Shown in pieces: positions 20,013 to 32,514 of a stretch of 32,514 nucleotides of DNA; within the stretch, counting starts at the first letter, position 1; the number at the start of each line of letters is the position of its first letter. The DNA lies in contig RBNJ01000344.1 of assembly GCA_003990765.1 (NCBI GenBank), forward strand, positions 1-32,514, given 5' to 3'. Below the pieces are notes generated by a model. The model did not search any database. It was not told where the DNA came from and worked only from the letters and a program-made list of their open reading frames with translations. The translations under genes were made by a program, and so were the position numbers. Source of the stretch: Jimgerdemannia flammicorona. Taxonomy: Eukaryota.

Positions 20013-23000
20013 CTATTCTATCCCCATAGGGGGGCTCCTCCCCACCTCTTCATGTATAAAGACCACCCTCTCACCAACAACTCCAACTCTCCCACCACTC
20101 TGACCACAGATTTTTACTACTAAGTGGTGCCTCCGACCCCCCTGCAACCCCCAACCAAGCCACCAGCCTATCAAGGTGTCCTCCATAAGGCACTGCCACT
20201 GTGATAACCAGCTCTTCAAGCTCTGTCGCCTCTTCTCCTCAAATACAAATAGCCAGTGACTGGCCAGCCCAACCCAAATAGCCAATGCCCAACCTAAAGT
20301 AATCTACTCCACCTCTACCCCTCCTACCAATTGATCCCTCAGGTCCTCCCACCTTCCCCGTACATCATCTCCCCTATGCCTCACCCCCAAGTAGTCCCCA
20401 ATGGCCTGCCAAAAGTCTTCCAACACCTCACACTCCCCTAGCCAATGTTCTGGTGTCTGTACAAATCCCCCTTCCTGCCCTACATTATGGCACTCCTCGC
20501 AGTCAAAGTAGCCCCCTACGACAAGGTGTTCTGAGTGGAAGTTAAGCATTACATTCCTCCTCAGCACACACCACCAGACCACCCAGTACTTCAGCAGTAT
20601 CCATTTTTTCACTGTGGCGCTCCAGGTCCAAACCCCATGCCAGTCCCACTCCTCTTCAATTCCAACTCCTTGCCAACTGCTAGGCTACAGATCCTGGCCT
20701 GGTCCCCTTTGGCATTTCACTTCACCACTAATGTTGAACTCAGGTAAAGATATGCTGTCTAGTAGAATGCCATCCTATCTCCACATCGCCGGGCCCCAAG
20801 CCCTCTCTCCCTCATTCTCTTGCCAGCGAATACCAATGCGATGTGCCCCCTCTGCTATCCCCCATCAGAAGCCTTTATATTGCAATTGTGCAGTGTTCTG
20901 AAGCCCAACAAATGAAAGATCACTAGTCAAGCCTCTTGGTGACGACTGCCTCTCCCAGACCTTCTGCAGCAGGGGAACCCAACCCCCTCCATGCAACTCC
21001 ACCACCCTCTTAAGCCACCATGCTCTTAAGCAGTGTAGTCATTTGGGGAAGTCCACCAGCCCAAGACCACCTCTCGCCACCAGTAGGGACAAAGTCTCCC
21101 AACCAATCTGACTCCGTCTACTAGCCCAAATCCATCCCTTAGCCACCCTCACCAATCTCTTCACCACCCAGGCTGGGAAGTCCAGATGATAAGCCAAATA
21201 CCATAGCTTCGGCAGTCAGTATACATTCAAAATCATGATCCTTCCTGCCAGAGAGAAGTGTCTTCCCCCCCAGCCCCGCAGGTCCTCCTCCCAAATTCCA
21301 ACCCTCTGCTCCCACCACAGCCTGGGCAGAACAGACCCATAAACCAACAAATAGATACCCAAGTACTACACCGCCTCTCCAGCAGAGACAATTGTTCCAA
21401 TGACCTCTCCGCCCACCAGGCTATTGCCCAGCACCATTGTTTCACACTTGTGCTAATTCAGCTTCACCCCAGAGTTCTCCTCATACCACTCCACTGTCTT
21501 CTTGAGCTCCTTGACATCTGCAATTGCTCCCAAACCAACCACCATGTCATCTGCAAAGGCTCCAACTTTCCAGCCAACTCTATAGATAGAGAGCCCCACT
21601 ATCCTCTGCCGAATTCTGTCCATCAGAGGTTCCAAAGAAAGAGTATACAAAATGGGGGACAGTGGGTCCCCCTGGGGCACTCCCCTACTCAGAGGGAATG
21701 CTACCCCTCTATGCTCATTACACAAGAGTGCAGCCCTACTCCCTTCCAGTAGGCTGACCATTGCTGACTGAAATGGGACTGGAACCCCAATTCTATCTAA
21801 TACTTTTGCCAGCCAGACTCACTGCACCTGGTCATAAGCCTTCTCCTGATCCAAGAAGACAAGACACCCATCCAGTCTACAGGCTCTAGCACCTTCAATA
21901 ATGCCATATACCCAAGCTGTGTCATCTCTAATAAGCCAACCCCCTACAAAGCCCCTCTGCTCAATACTAACAATTTACTGGGCTACCTTCTGTAGCCTTG
22001 CAACCACCACCTTAGTCACCAACTTTCAGTCCATATCTAGCAACATTATTGGCCACCAGTTCTTCCAATCCTCTCACCTTCCTTTGTTCTTATAAAGCAG
22101 CATCACCAGCCCAAGATCCTGCTCCCCCACCCATCTCCCTAACTGCAATATAAAATCACACAGTGCTGTCAACTCCCCCAACATACTCGGGACTCCAACC
22201 ATTCACTTCCAGAAGTCCCAGGGTAGGCCATCCTCCCCAGGCACTGTACCTGAAGCTGTCGCAGCAAGAACCTGGCAGATCTCATCCTCCTTTACAGGTA
22301 TCACCAGGTCACCTAGTCCCTCAGCTTGTAGTGGGTGTCAATCTTCCAATGTTCAGTCAATGGCAGTAGCATCTGCCCCACCCTCCTCCTCACTCCACAA
22401 TCCACTCCATCATTCCTTCAGTGTTCCAAGGATATCCTGTACACCATGCACTAGTATACCATCTGAGTCAAGTACCCCTTCCCACCACTGCTGTACCCTT
22501 CTCACTTAAAGTGTCCTCGAGAGAAACTTGGAAGGCCTCTCCCCTTCCTCCAGCCCCTGCCAACAAAGCCATGCCACCAGACCTTGCATCCTTGACTCTT
22601 CCTCTTCCCATAGTACCTGTTGTAGTTCCCCAACCTCCATCTTTACCCTCATTATTCTTCAATCCTCTTCTCCCAGTCTCGCCCACTCCTCTAGGAGCCT
22701 AGCTAATCTAGTAGAAGCCCAATGTACTCTCCACCTTCGCTGCCTCCCAGCCTCTCTGCCAGCCTCGCTCTAGTATATCCTAGCCATCTCTTTCATCCTC
22801 ACCCACCAAACCCCAATTGGGACCCCTTCCTGCTGTCAGTTCTCCACCTTCAGCTGAATGTCTTTCGCCCACTCCTCCCACCAGGACTCATCATTCATCA
22901 AGGAGGAATTTAGGTACCAATGTCCAGGCCCATCACCACTTCCCCCAAAACACCCCTGTCCCAAAAGGCCCCAGTGATCTGACCATAGACACCATTCCAC

Positions 23001-23677
23001 CTCTAGCATCTTCCAAACATCGTGGCCTCAACAGTTGGCCATCAGAATCCAGTCAATCCTTGTCCCTAGGCCTTCAGCCCAATGTGTATATACCCTCCTG
23101 TCCCCCCAGTACTCTCTACCAGCATCCACCAGCACTCCTAGCCTTTCAACTTCCTCCCACATTGCCAGCCCCCCACTCCTGCTCTCAGCACCCCATCCTC
23201 TATCAGTTCTATTCAACTGTATATCCCAAACCATATTGAAATCTCCTCCAAGCATATCCACCCCAGCTTCAGCAAGGATCCCACTCTCCTGGAGCCTTTC
23301 ACCCAATCCACATGCTCCCCCTACATGGTAGGACAATAACAGGAGCCAACTGTGACTGGCTCCCAACCTGCACGAATCCACTCACCCCAGACCAGTCTCT
23401 CCCCCCAGCTCCTCACATCCCTTATCTCCCCTCTGCCTTTCCAAACCAGAATCCCAACTTTGCTGTTCCAAATTGCCATGCCTCCCCATTCCTTTGTCCA
23501 TTCCATCCTATCAGAATCATCCTCACACCTGACATCCTGCAAGAGGAAGAGATCAGCCTCCAATCTCTTCAGCTAAGTAAAAATGTTCCTACATCTAACT
23601 GCGCCCCTTAGCCCATTCACATTCAAAGAAAAAATGTTGATTGTACTGTTCAGAGTTAACTACAGTTTGTTCTCCAT
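20013..23677 (-). pseudogene. LINE 2 ORF2 (APE endonuclease plus RT)
   Basis: SLNVNG, LLQDV, GGDFN, RIDWILM, GVPQGDPLSP, AFADD, CEEC...PEHWLGEC. Many stops and frameshifts. Confidence 0.93.
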
Positions 23678-23683
23678 CGATCT

Positions 23684-25708
23684 CTACTGCTCTATGCTCA
23701 TCTCCTCCTGTACTATGTCCAGATTATGTTCAGCCATCACCTCCACCTCTTCAACCTCCTGAGCCTCCAATTCAGCCAACAGCTCATTCATCTCCCCATC
23801 GGCCTTCTCCTCAAACTTCTCTCTGTACTCGATGCAAGCCTCCTGCCAAAGCTGCAACCCATAATGCTTGTTCCAACAGTACTCAGCCCTCTCCCCAGTG
23901 ATAACCACCATCTCTGCCTCCCGCTCCTTGTCCACCTCATACCCTTCTTCCTCCAGATACACCGTAAGAATTTCTGCCTTCAGTGTCATCACCACTCCTT
24001 CCCCCTGCAAAATTCTCATCCAGTGCTCATCACCTATCCCACGCAAGTCCACCTCCCCCAGCTCTTCTGCTGCCAGGTTATTCATCATCTGGCACATCCA
24101 AAGTAGGTTCCCCACCTCCTTCCCACCAGGGGTTGCCAGCCTCCCTCCATCCAGCATCGTGGTGTCAGCTCTGGCACTCGCATCCTCATCCCACACCTCT
24201 GGGACATCCACCAGTTCCTCCTCTCTGGCCGCCACTACTTGATCCTCATTTATTACCTCCAGAATGCTAAATTTCACCTGCTGGGTCCCCAGCATCATCA
24301 TGTCCTCCCCATTCTTGTTCCTGGAAGCCAGGCCATGCCTGATAAGAGGGGAAGGAGTGGGGGAGTTCTCCCAGACTTCATCCCAAACCTCCAAGGTGCT
24401 ATCAGCATATGGGTCGCTAAACTTCCCCTCTTTTGCCTTCCCTATCTCCACCCCATCATTCCCACTCCTCTCACCAGCCCAGATGCTTGCTCCGGCCCCT
24501 TCCACACCCATCTTCTTGCTCGCATCCTTCTGTAGTCCACCCCCCAGTTTAGCCAGTAGATTCTTCTGTCTCTTCCACCTCTGAGTCCTTTCCCACTACA
24601 CCTTGTCCACTCGAATCCTCTTTCCATCCACCACCTCCAGGTGCGTCGACTCCTCGAAAGTCTTCCAGGCCTTAGCTTGCCGCTCCACAGCCCCATCCAG
24701 TTCCTCCAGCACTTCTAATAAATCCTCTTCCTCTTCTTCACTTTCTTTCACCCTTGCCACCTTGCACAGGATCGCTCCCTAAACCATCACCGAAGACCAG
24801 TTCCTCGCCTTCCCAGTAGCCTCTTTTCCAGCCAGCCGAATCCTCACATCCACATCCCCAGTCCTGAGCATGGTCCCTTTCCAGACCCTGAATCTGATAT
24901 CCACCACCTCTCTATACTCCGCCATGACATCCTCCACTCTCTTTCTCATCTCCATCACCATCACCATGGGTACTCCTTTCACCAGCAGCTGGACCACCCT
25001 TGGATCCCACTTCAAACATCTTGCCATCGGAACACACACCTCCCCAACCACCAACCCAACCTTCAGTGCCTCCTCTAGTGGTTCAGCCTCCTCAAAGCCC
25101 ACCTCCACACCCTCCAGTCCCTTCAGAAACTTCACTGAAGCAGCTCCCGCCACCTGCTTAGCGATAAGCCCCAGCACCATTTTTGCCATCACTGCTAAGC
25201 CCTGGAAGCACAGTATAACTGCGAATGCTGAGATTGATTTCTTGAGTAATAGGGCCACCACCAGGCCCATCACACCATCTGCCAAATCTCCTTGTCTTCC
25301 AAGCCCCAGCTACTCAGCCTCGCCAACAGCTGTCATATCTGGATTTTTTTCCAGATTAGCAGTCCTGTCGCCATCAGCAGTCACACTCCCCCCAGCTGCT
25401 ACTCCCCCAGCTTCACTGCCCCCCCTTCCAAGGGCTACTCCCCCCTGCACTGCTGCCTTCTTGTTCTTCTTGCCCCTCCTCAGCCAGCCCTCCAGCCCCG
25501 ATGCCTGCTGCCTCCCCTTCACTGTCTCAGCAAAGCTTGCCCTCCCAGACCCCTGACCTCCACCAGTACCTCTACCCCTTCCTTGTCCACCTGCCAGCAG
25601 CCCCCTCATGCTCCCCCCCAGGCCTGGACCCCTCCCAACTTGCTGCCATTCAAAAGCACTTGGGCCACTCTGCCCAGTACGCACCTCAGCTCACCTATCA
25701 GTTGTCAT
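23684..25708 (-). pseudogene. LINE 2 ORF1
   Basis: ATG at 25708, Gly-rich N-terminus, MARCLKWDP / GKEATG shared with LINE 1 ORF1, acidic C-terminus. Confidence 0.82.
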
Positions 25709-26075
25709 GTTGTTAGTCTCTTTGCTCCAAAAACGATATCATAAGTGCCTTCTAAAGGTTGTGTAACCTGAGTGGTACCAGAGAAAGATGTCTTTCAAAG
25801 GTATCTTGTCTTCTCTCTATCTCTTTCAATTTTAACTCAGCTTTATCTCTAGACTCTTTGGTCTTCTCTTTTCTTGGACTTCTATTACACTCTCTTCTAT
25901 CTCTACTACTATTAACACAGTTATAGATGAGGATATTCCTTCTTCTTCTCTTCTTCTCTACTTTATTCCTACCAATATATATCTCTTTTAACTCTTATAT
26001 ATTGTCTGCTATTCTCTCTCTCCTTCTTGACCTTTGCTTATTAGACTACCCTCTTCTCACTTAATTCTACTTGGT

Positions 26076-26539
26076 TGTAGCAGTTCTAGTTTCTTCAAGA
26101 GGAAGCAACTAAATCTGGAAGTTCTGGTTGGCTTAAAGTAGCTCAAAGAGATACTTAAAGGTTCAAGTATTCTTGAAGGATTTCTGGGAGAAAATATTCT
26201 GAGCTTTATTCAAACAGAGAATAAGGATATTTATATATGATCTGAAAGAAAGATCTGGAAGAATCTTGGAAAAAAAGAGAAATGCCAAGAGATAGGTTCT
26301 CAGCAAAGCTGACTAATACTATTCTACAATGTTCCAAAAGGTTCCATAACTAGCTAAGACAAGATGCTTGGTGCTAAGGAAAGACAAGAATGTTCTAATA
26401 GTGTCTGGGTACTGAGAGAAGATTTCTAAGCAAGTAGAAGGTAATGGAATATAGTAAAATGTTCAAGAAATGACAAGAAAAGACTAACTAAAAGATGCAA
26501 AAATATACTAAGACTAAATATGACTGTGATATTGTTATA
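26076..26539 (-). repeat. 3' LTR of Gypsy B
   Basis: TGTAGC...TGTTATA, matches 31725-32192 (4-bp ATAT indel); adjacent eroded PPT at 26540-26555. Confidence 0.95.
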
Positions 26540-26599
26540 TCTCTCTCTCTTTAAGAACTAATATTCTCATTAAGTTCTTAGATAACACAAGACTAGATA

Positions 26600-29500
26600 T
26601 ACTTAACCAAAATTTCTCAAACTTGAATTGGCATATTGGTGGAGATTGGCCATCCTTGTATAGAGCAGAGGATCTATTATCAGACTAACTAACTAGGAGG
26701 AGTTTGAATCTAGCTAGTAGCTTCATTTCAGTAGACTTTTTGTTCATTAAATGTTCTGCTAGTTCTAGAGTTCCAAAGTAAACTTCTGATACATAAGGTA
26801 CTGGTTATTGCCATAGGTTGTTGATAATCCAAAGAAGTTACTACAGGGATTGGACAATATATTTTGCCTTGAAGTCTTGAACTAGATCTTGAGAGTTCTT
26901 GAGGTTGACCAGTGATTCCCAGGTAGCATCATATTCAGGATAACCCATCCACTTGACTAGGTATTCAGGATGGCAGTAGCAGATTCATTTGTTAAGAATT
27001 TTTTCAGCTTTATACTTGATATAGTCTTCAATGATCATAAGGGTGGAAGGCTTAGGAATTTGACCAGGGTAGGGTGGTGACTAGTTCCAGATCTTGAGGT
27101 GTGACACATGAAAGACTGGGTGTACTCTTATAGTTTCAGATAGCTTGAGGTGGTAGGAGGATGCAGAGACTTGTTCAGTGATCTCAAAAGGTTCAATATA
27201 CTTGAGTTGGAACTTGTTTGAAGGGCAGTTGACTTGAAATTGTATCTTGAGGTTCTCAGTAGACAGTAGGACTTGATCTCTAATAGTATAAGTGATATCA
27301 CAGTATTTCTTATCAGCATACTTGGCTTGATGCTATTGAGCCTTCTGAAGATTTACAGTAGTGATCTTAAGTAGTTCATCCATTTTTTCTGTAAGGTTCT
27401 TAGCAGTTAGAACTTGTATTTGACTGGTTTTCTTGAAAGGAAATAGACTTATAGGGGTCTCAGGATCTTGATCATGGAGTAACCAGAAAGGGAAAAGACC
27501 AGTAGATGATTAGACAGCATTGTTGTATGCAAACTCTACATAAGTCAGGTAGATGTCCCAATAATCTTACTTGTAAGAAACATAGTTTCTAAGTATTTGT
27601 TCTAGAGTTCTGTTCATACACTCAGTTTGTCCATTAGTTTGTAAGTAAAAGACAGTAGACATAGCCAATTGGGATCCCAAAGTCTTGAAGAGGGTTTGCT
27701 AGAAGTAATTGATGAACTTGGGGTCATGATCACTAACAATTACTTGTGGTAGAATATAGTGATGGAAGATAGACTTGAAGAAGATTCTTGCAATCTCAGA
27801 TACAGTAGCATTGATAGTGATTGGTTCAGCAATCATAGTCTTAGTCAAGTGGTCAATAAATATGATGATAGTATCAGCACCAGATTGAGTTCATAGTAGT
27901 TGAGTTATAAAGTCCATGGTGACTTGCTCAAACTTCTTGGTAGGAATTGGCAGTAGTTGTAGTAAACCAGTAGATGCTTGATTGGTAGACTTGTTGTATT
28001 GACATAGATCATAGCTGGCAACATAGTTCTTGATTTCCTTAACCATGTTTGGCCAATAGTAGTAGCATTGGATGTTCTTGACAGTCTTCTCAATTCCCAG
28101 GTAACTGATGAGAGGGAAGTCATAGTGTTCTTGCAAAACCTTGTAGTGTAGGTTCATGTTTTCAGGTAGATAGACTTGGTCTTGATGATAGATTAGATTA
28201 TTCTTGACAGTATATATATTCTTGAGTTCATTCAAGAAAACTCTAGTGGTAACTGTGTCTTCTTTATAAGCTTGCCTGATTTGGTCTAAGAATTCTGATA
28301 CCAAGGTGACTTATATGATTGTGGCAAGGTCTGGGCATCTTAATAAGGCATCTGGTACTACAAGTGTCTTGCCAGGCTTGTAGATGATCACCAGATTGAA
28401 GGTTTGAAGCTTGAGGCTCTACTTGGCTTATAGATATGATAGAGTAGGTTGGGTGTTGATATACTTGAGGAATTGATGATTAGTAATGATATCAAACTCA
28501 ATACCTTCTAGATAGCATTGTCAGTAGTCTAGTGCATGTATTATTACTAGTAGTTTCTTCTCATGAGTAGCTAGCTTTTGTTCAGCTGGGGCCAGCTTGC
28601 AGGACTCAAAAGAAATAAAGCAATATTCTTTGCCATCATCTTGTAATAGGACTGCTCTAATGGCAAAATTCAATACATCAGTAGTGATCATAAATTTTAG
28701 GCCTTGATCTGTATTATGTAGGACTAAAGCATGGGTTAGATAGTTCTTGAGTTCTTGAAAGAATTGTTGACAGAAGAGGTCTCAGGTATAGAATATATAG
28801 TGGTCTGAGTATGGGGCCTTCCTCATGAGATTAGTCAGTGGCTCAGTAATACCAGAGAAGTTTCTGACAAAGTAGTGGTAATAGTTAGCTAGACCAAGAA
28901 AGGATCAGAGTTCTGTGAGGTTTGATGAAATGGGCTATTCTTCAATTGCTTCTATCTTGTGTGGGTCTATTTGAATTCCTTGTGCAGAGACAATGTGGTC
29001 AAGGTATTTGACTTATTCCTTGAAGAATTTACACTTCTTGAGCTTAGTATAAAGCTTGTGTTTTCATAGGATCTTTAGAACTATTTGAATGTATTTGAGG
29101 TATTCTTCTTTAGTTGCACTAAAGATCAGGATGTTGTCAAGATATATCAACAGGAAAATAAATAGTTGGTTCTTGAATATCTTGTTCATCAGGGTCTAGA
29201 ATATGATAGGTATATTGGTGAGATCAAATGCTAAGACCAGGAATTTGTAGAGTCCAAAAGGGGTTATGAATGCAGTCTTGAGAATGTCTTCTGGCTTGAT
29301 TTGAATCTGGTGGTATTCTGACATGAGGTCTAACTTAGTGAAGTATTTGGCATTCTTGAGAGCATCAAAGATTTGATCAATCAAGGGTAGTAGATAGCAG
29401 TTCTTGACAGTAAGTTTGTTGAGTACATGATAGTCTATATATATTCGCAGGGTATCATTCTTCTTCTTGACAAATAAGACTGGTGAGTCATAAGGAGATT

Positions 29501-31634
29501 TGCTTGGCTGGATGGCTCTTTGTATAAGTAGTTCTTCTAGTTCCTTCTTGACTGCTTCAATTTCAAGTAGTGACATACAATACATGTGTTTCTTGGGTAG
29601 TATAGCTCCTGGGGTCATTTTGATTTCATGATCAATTTCTTGTATAGGTGGTAGACCAGGTAGCTTGTCTGGAAAGACATCCTTGAATTCTTCTAGTAGT
29701 AGCTTGATGCTTTCATTGACTGATAGTCTCTTGTCTTGTTTCTTGGGGCAGATCATTATAACAAAGACATATATTGCCTTCTTGAGTACTTTCTTATACT
29801 GTATAGCTGACAGTGTTGCAATCTGGGTCTTACTTGTAGTCTTGTCTGTCTTGATCATAATATTAGCTCCATCTTGAAGTAGAGTGACTTCATTCTTGTA
29901 CCAATAAATGTCTGGGTTGTGTTTCATAAGCCAGGGTTTTCCTAAGATCAGATTATGATCTCCTAGTGGTATGACTTCAAAGTCTACTTGTTCCTAATAT
30001 TTCTGGATCTTAATGGACAGTTTGGCAGCAATAGACTCAATGGGGTGCAGAGTACTATCTACAGTGACTATACTATTGTTCTTGGGTATAGGCTTGGTGA
30101 GGATCTTAAGGCTTTCAATGAGATTCTGATTGATAAAGTTCCCTATAGCTCTGCTGTCTATGAGTACTTGAACTTCTTTCCCTTTGACTAGGCCTTTGAA
30201 AATGAGCATAGCTTGAGCTTGATTTTCACTAAGACTTACTGCTTGATCAGTACTGCCAAAACCCTTTTGATCTCATTTGGTTTCAGGAAGTTCTTGGACT
30301 TCTGTAATCTTGAGTTAACTGGCTTTTTCTAGGATAATTTGCACAACTTGGTCTCCTTCTTTAACTGTGTAGTCTTGATTCTTCTGGTTGACAAGCAAGA
30401 CTTGAACTTGTCCTCAAAAGTCTGGATCAATGATACCAGTGCCTATATCTAAATGATGTTTGACACTGAGTCCTGATTGTGGTGCAATTTTAGTATAATA
30501 TCCTTCAGGGCATTGAACTGCAATTCCAGTAGACACCAGAGTATGGCCCTTGGCTAGAATAGTGACTTGTTTGACTGAGTGTAGGTCAAGACCAATAGCT
30601 CCTTCTGTTTAATATTGAGGGACCTGGGCCTTTAGATGAAGCTTCTTGACCTTAAGCTCAAGTTGACTAGTAGTGGAATTGATGGATATATTCTTGGACA
30701 ATACAGTGACTGGTCTTGAGGGTTCACTAGTCTTTCTAAGATATTTGGTTGCATTGTGTCCTGTTTGGTGACAGAAAAAACAGACTCCAGATTTCTTTAG
30801 GTGGTTCTTTTCTTCAGAAGTGAGCTTGGTATTCTTTTTGTTCATGGTATCTACATCTATTGGTACTGGACCAACTGTTCTTGGTTGGTTTCTGTGGCAG
30901 TTCTTGAAGTGGTTCTTCTTGTGGCATTCTGGTTTGAAGTAGTTGCCAAAGGTAATAATATCAAATCTATTGGCAATTCTCATAGCTTCATCAAGAGATT
31001 TGGGCTCTTCTAGCTTGACCTTGACTTGTGTGTTTCCCTTCAGACCTCAGACATAGTAGTCTATCTTTTCATCCTCAGATACCACTGGTAGCTCAAGTAG
31101 GATTAACAAGAATTGTATATTATAGCTTTACACAGACTTGAGTTGCTTGATGTTCACTAGCTTGTCCCTGGCTAGCTTGGTAGTATTAGCAGGCTTGAAC
31201 TGCTTGTGAAGAGCTCTCTTGAAAGCCTCCCAATCTCTGATTCATACATATGAGTATATAGATATAACTATGATATGATTGCACTACCAGATGGCTATAT
31301 TTCCTCAGAAGAGTGTGGCAGCAAATTGGACTTACATATCATCTTCCATTCTTGTGAGTTTGAAGTATTGGTCCAATTGGAAGGTCCATGCATCTGTAGA
31401 TAGTCCTCCTTAATAGCTATCAAAGGTGTCTGACTTGAGTGGCTTAAAACTGACTGATGCTATAGCAGAATGTGGTGTTCCCATAGTTTGTGTTTTCTGG
31501 TATTCTAGTTGTACTTGAAGTTCTTGAATTTGGTAGACCATAGCATTGATCATATCTTCTATATTGAGCTGTGGTCCTTTTACTTCTTCTATAGCAGAGA
31601 GGTCTGGCTGGTAGGCTGACTCTTCACAGCTCAT
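26600..31634 (-). pseudogene. Gypsy B gag-dUTPase(about 30248-30605)-PR-RT-RH-IN-chromodomain(about 26880-27020) polyprotein
   Basis: CFFCHQTGHNATKY, EGAIGLDL...GIIDPDF...[37 protein letters not shown] fragments starting at 31634, 30983, 30209, 29927 and 28304 are all in one frame. Confidence 0.95.
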
Positions 31635-31710
31635 TTCGGGTTTGTGTAACTAGTTGTGACTGGTTTCCAAATTCATGTAAGGTTTCTTAATAAGGCAAGG
31701 TATAATGACA

Positions 31711-31722
31711 CCACTGCTACCA
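31711..31722 (-). promoter_or_regulatory. Primer-binding site of Gypsy B (probably initiator tRNA-Met)
   Basis: TGGTAGCAGTGG, 2 nt from the 5' LTR; complementary to ...CUGCUACCA-3'. Confidence 0.8.
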
Positions 31723-31724
31723 AG

Positions 31725-32192
31725 TGTAATGGTTCTAGTTTCTTTAAGAGAAAGTAGCTAAATCTGGAAGTTCTGGTTGGCCTAAAGTAGCTCAAAGAGA
31801 TACTTAAAGATTCAAGTATTCTTAAAGGATTTCTGGGAGAAAATATTCTGAGCTTTATTCAGGCAGAGAACAAGAATATTTATACATAATCTGAAAGAAA
31901 GATCTGGAAGGATCTTGGAAAGAAAGAGAAATGCCAAGAGATATATAGGTTCTCAGCAAAGCTGACTAATACTATTCTACAATGTTCTGAAAGATTTCAT
32001 AACTAGCTAAGACAAGATGATTGGTGCTAAGAAAAGACAAGAATGTTCTGATGGTGTCTGGGCACCAAGAGAAGATTTCTAAGTAAGTAAAAGGTGATAG
32101 AACATAGTAGAATATTCAAGAAATAATAAGAAAAAACTAACTAAAAGATGTAAAAATGTACTAAGACTAAATATGACTGTGATATTATTATA
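31725..32192 (-). repeat. 5' LTR of Gypsy B
   Basis: TGTAATGG...TATTATA followed by TSD TTGGT. Confidence 0.95.
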
Positions 32193-32514
32193 TTGGTTCT
32201 TACTCTCTCTACTAAGAAGGCCCACCTTTACTATAATATTAGTGCTGTGACTTTGTCTACTATTTGGTTTTCTATTCTTACTGAAGAGTATTAGTAGATC
32301 TTCTCTAAGGAGATCTATACTACCTCTATTGCCACCAAGACTGCTACTACTGATACTTTATATAATATCACTTCTGCTGCCTCTATTTAGTTCCATTAAG
32401 CTTGTATTACCTTTATGGTCCTTGCCTCCTTCTGTCTCTCTGATACTACTCTCTTCTATAGTTTTATAGCTGATGCAGTTCTCTCTATTACTGCTGATAT
32501 TGAGGCTATTCATT

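Larger units (their letters stand above)
19945..25801 (-). mobile_element. Full-length L1/Tx1-like LINE 2, a divergent relative of LINE 1
   Basis: About 17-bp TSD TATCTTGTCTTCTCTCT (19928-19944 / 25802-25818), AATAAA plus a short A tail on - strand, ORF1/ORF2 homologous to LINE 1. Confidence 0.95.
19182..25907. mobile_element. Non-coding foldback / long-TIR element (about 0.85 kb without the LINE): left arm about 19182-19527, spacer, right arm 19688-19944 plus 25819-25907
   Basis: About 345-bp arms are reverse complements differing mostly by transitions; the right arm resumes after the LINE 2 TSD. No TSD of its own was identified. Confidence 0.8.
26076..32192 (-). mobile_element. Ty3/Gypsy chromovirus B with dUTPase, full length, degenerate
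   Basis: LTRs 26076-26539 and 31725-32192, 5-bp TSD TTGGT (26071-26075 / 32193-32197), PBS, eroded PPT, same domain order as A. Confidence 0.97.

Noticed and set aside
32198..32514. Flank of Gypsy B (with 25908-26070), probably another eroded element
   Set aside because: CpG-free and degenerate with no motif I can assign; left unannotated.

Overview
Eukaryotic DNA, most likely fungal (inferred from short GT-AG introns and the TE families). It is made almost entirely of nested, mutated transposable elements, and no host gene is recognisable. The oldest layer is a heavily AT-eroded Ty1/Copia integrase relic on the - strand (141-448, 12338-12695, 19167-19182). Inserted into it are a complete Ty3/Gypsy chromovirus with a dUTPase (A: 449-12337, TSD ATATA), itself interrupted by a full-length L1/Tx1-like LINE (2178-8022), and a 6.5-kb hAT DNA transposon (12696-19166, 8-bp TSD TGTCTATA). 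Next come a foldback element split by a second LINE (19945-25801, -) and a second dUTPase chromovirus (B: 26076-32192, TSD TTGGT). The main finding is that the hAT carries, convergent to its intron-containing transposase, a 5-exon cargo gene (18809-16788, -) whose product has TET/JBP-type HxD...H dioxygenase motifs but lacks the usual 2-oxoglutarate-binding Arg. It sits in DNA showing strong C>T/G>A hypermutation, which suggests a transposon-borne DNA-base-modifying (possibly anti-silencing) system. All assignments are by eye and need HMM or structure confirmation.
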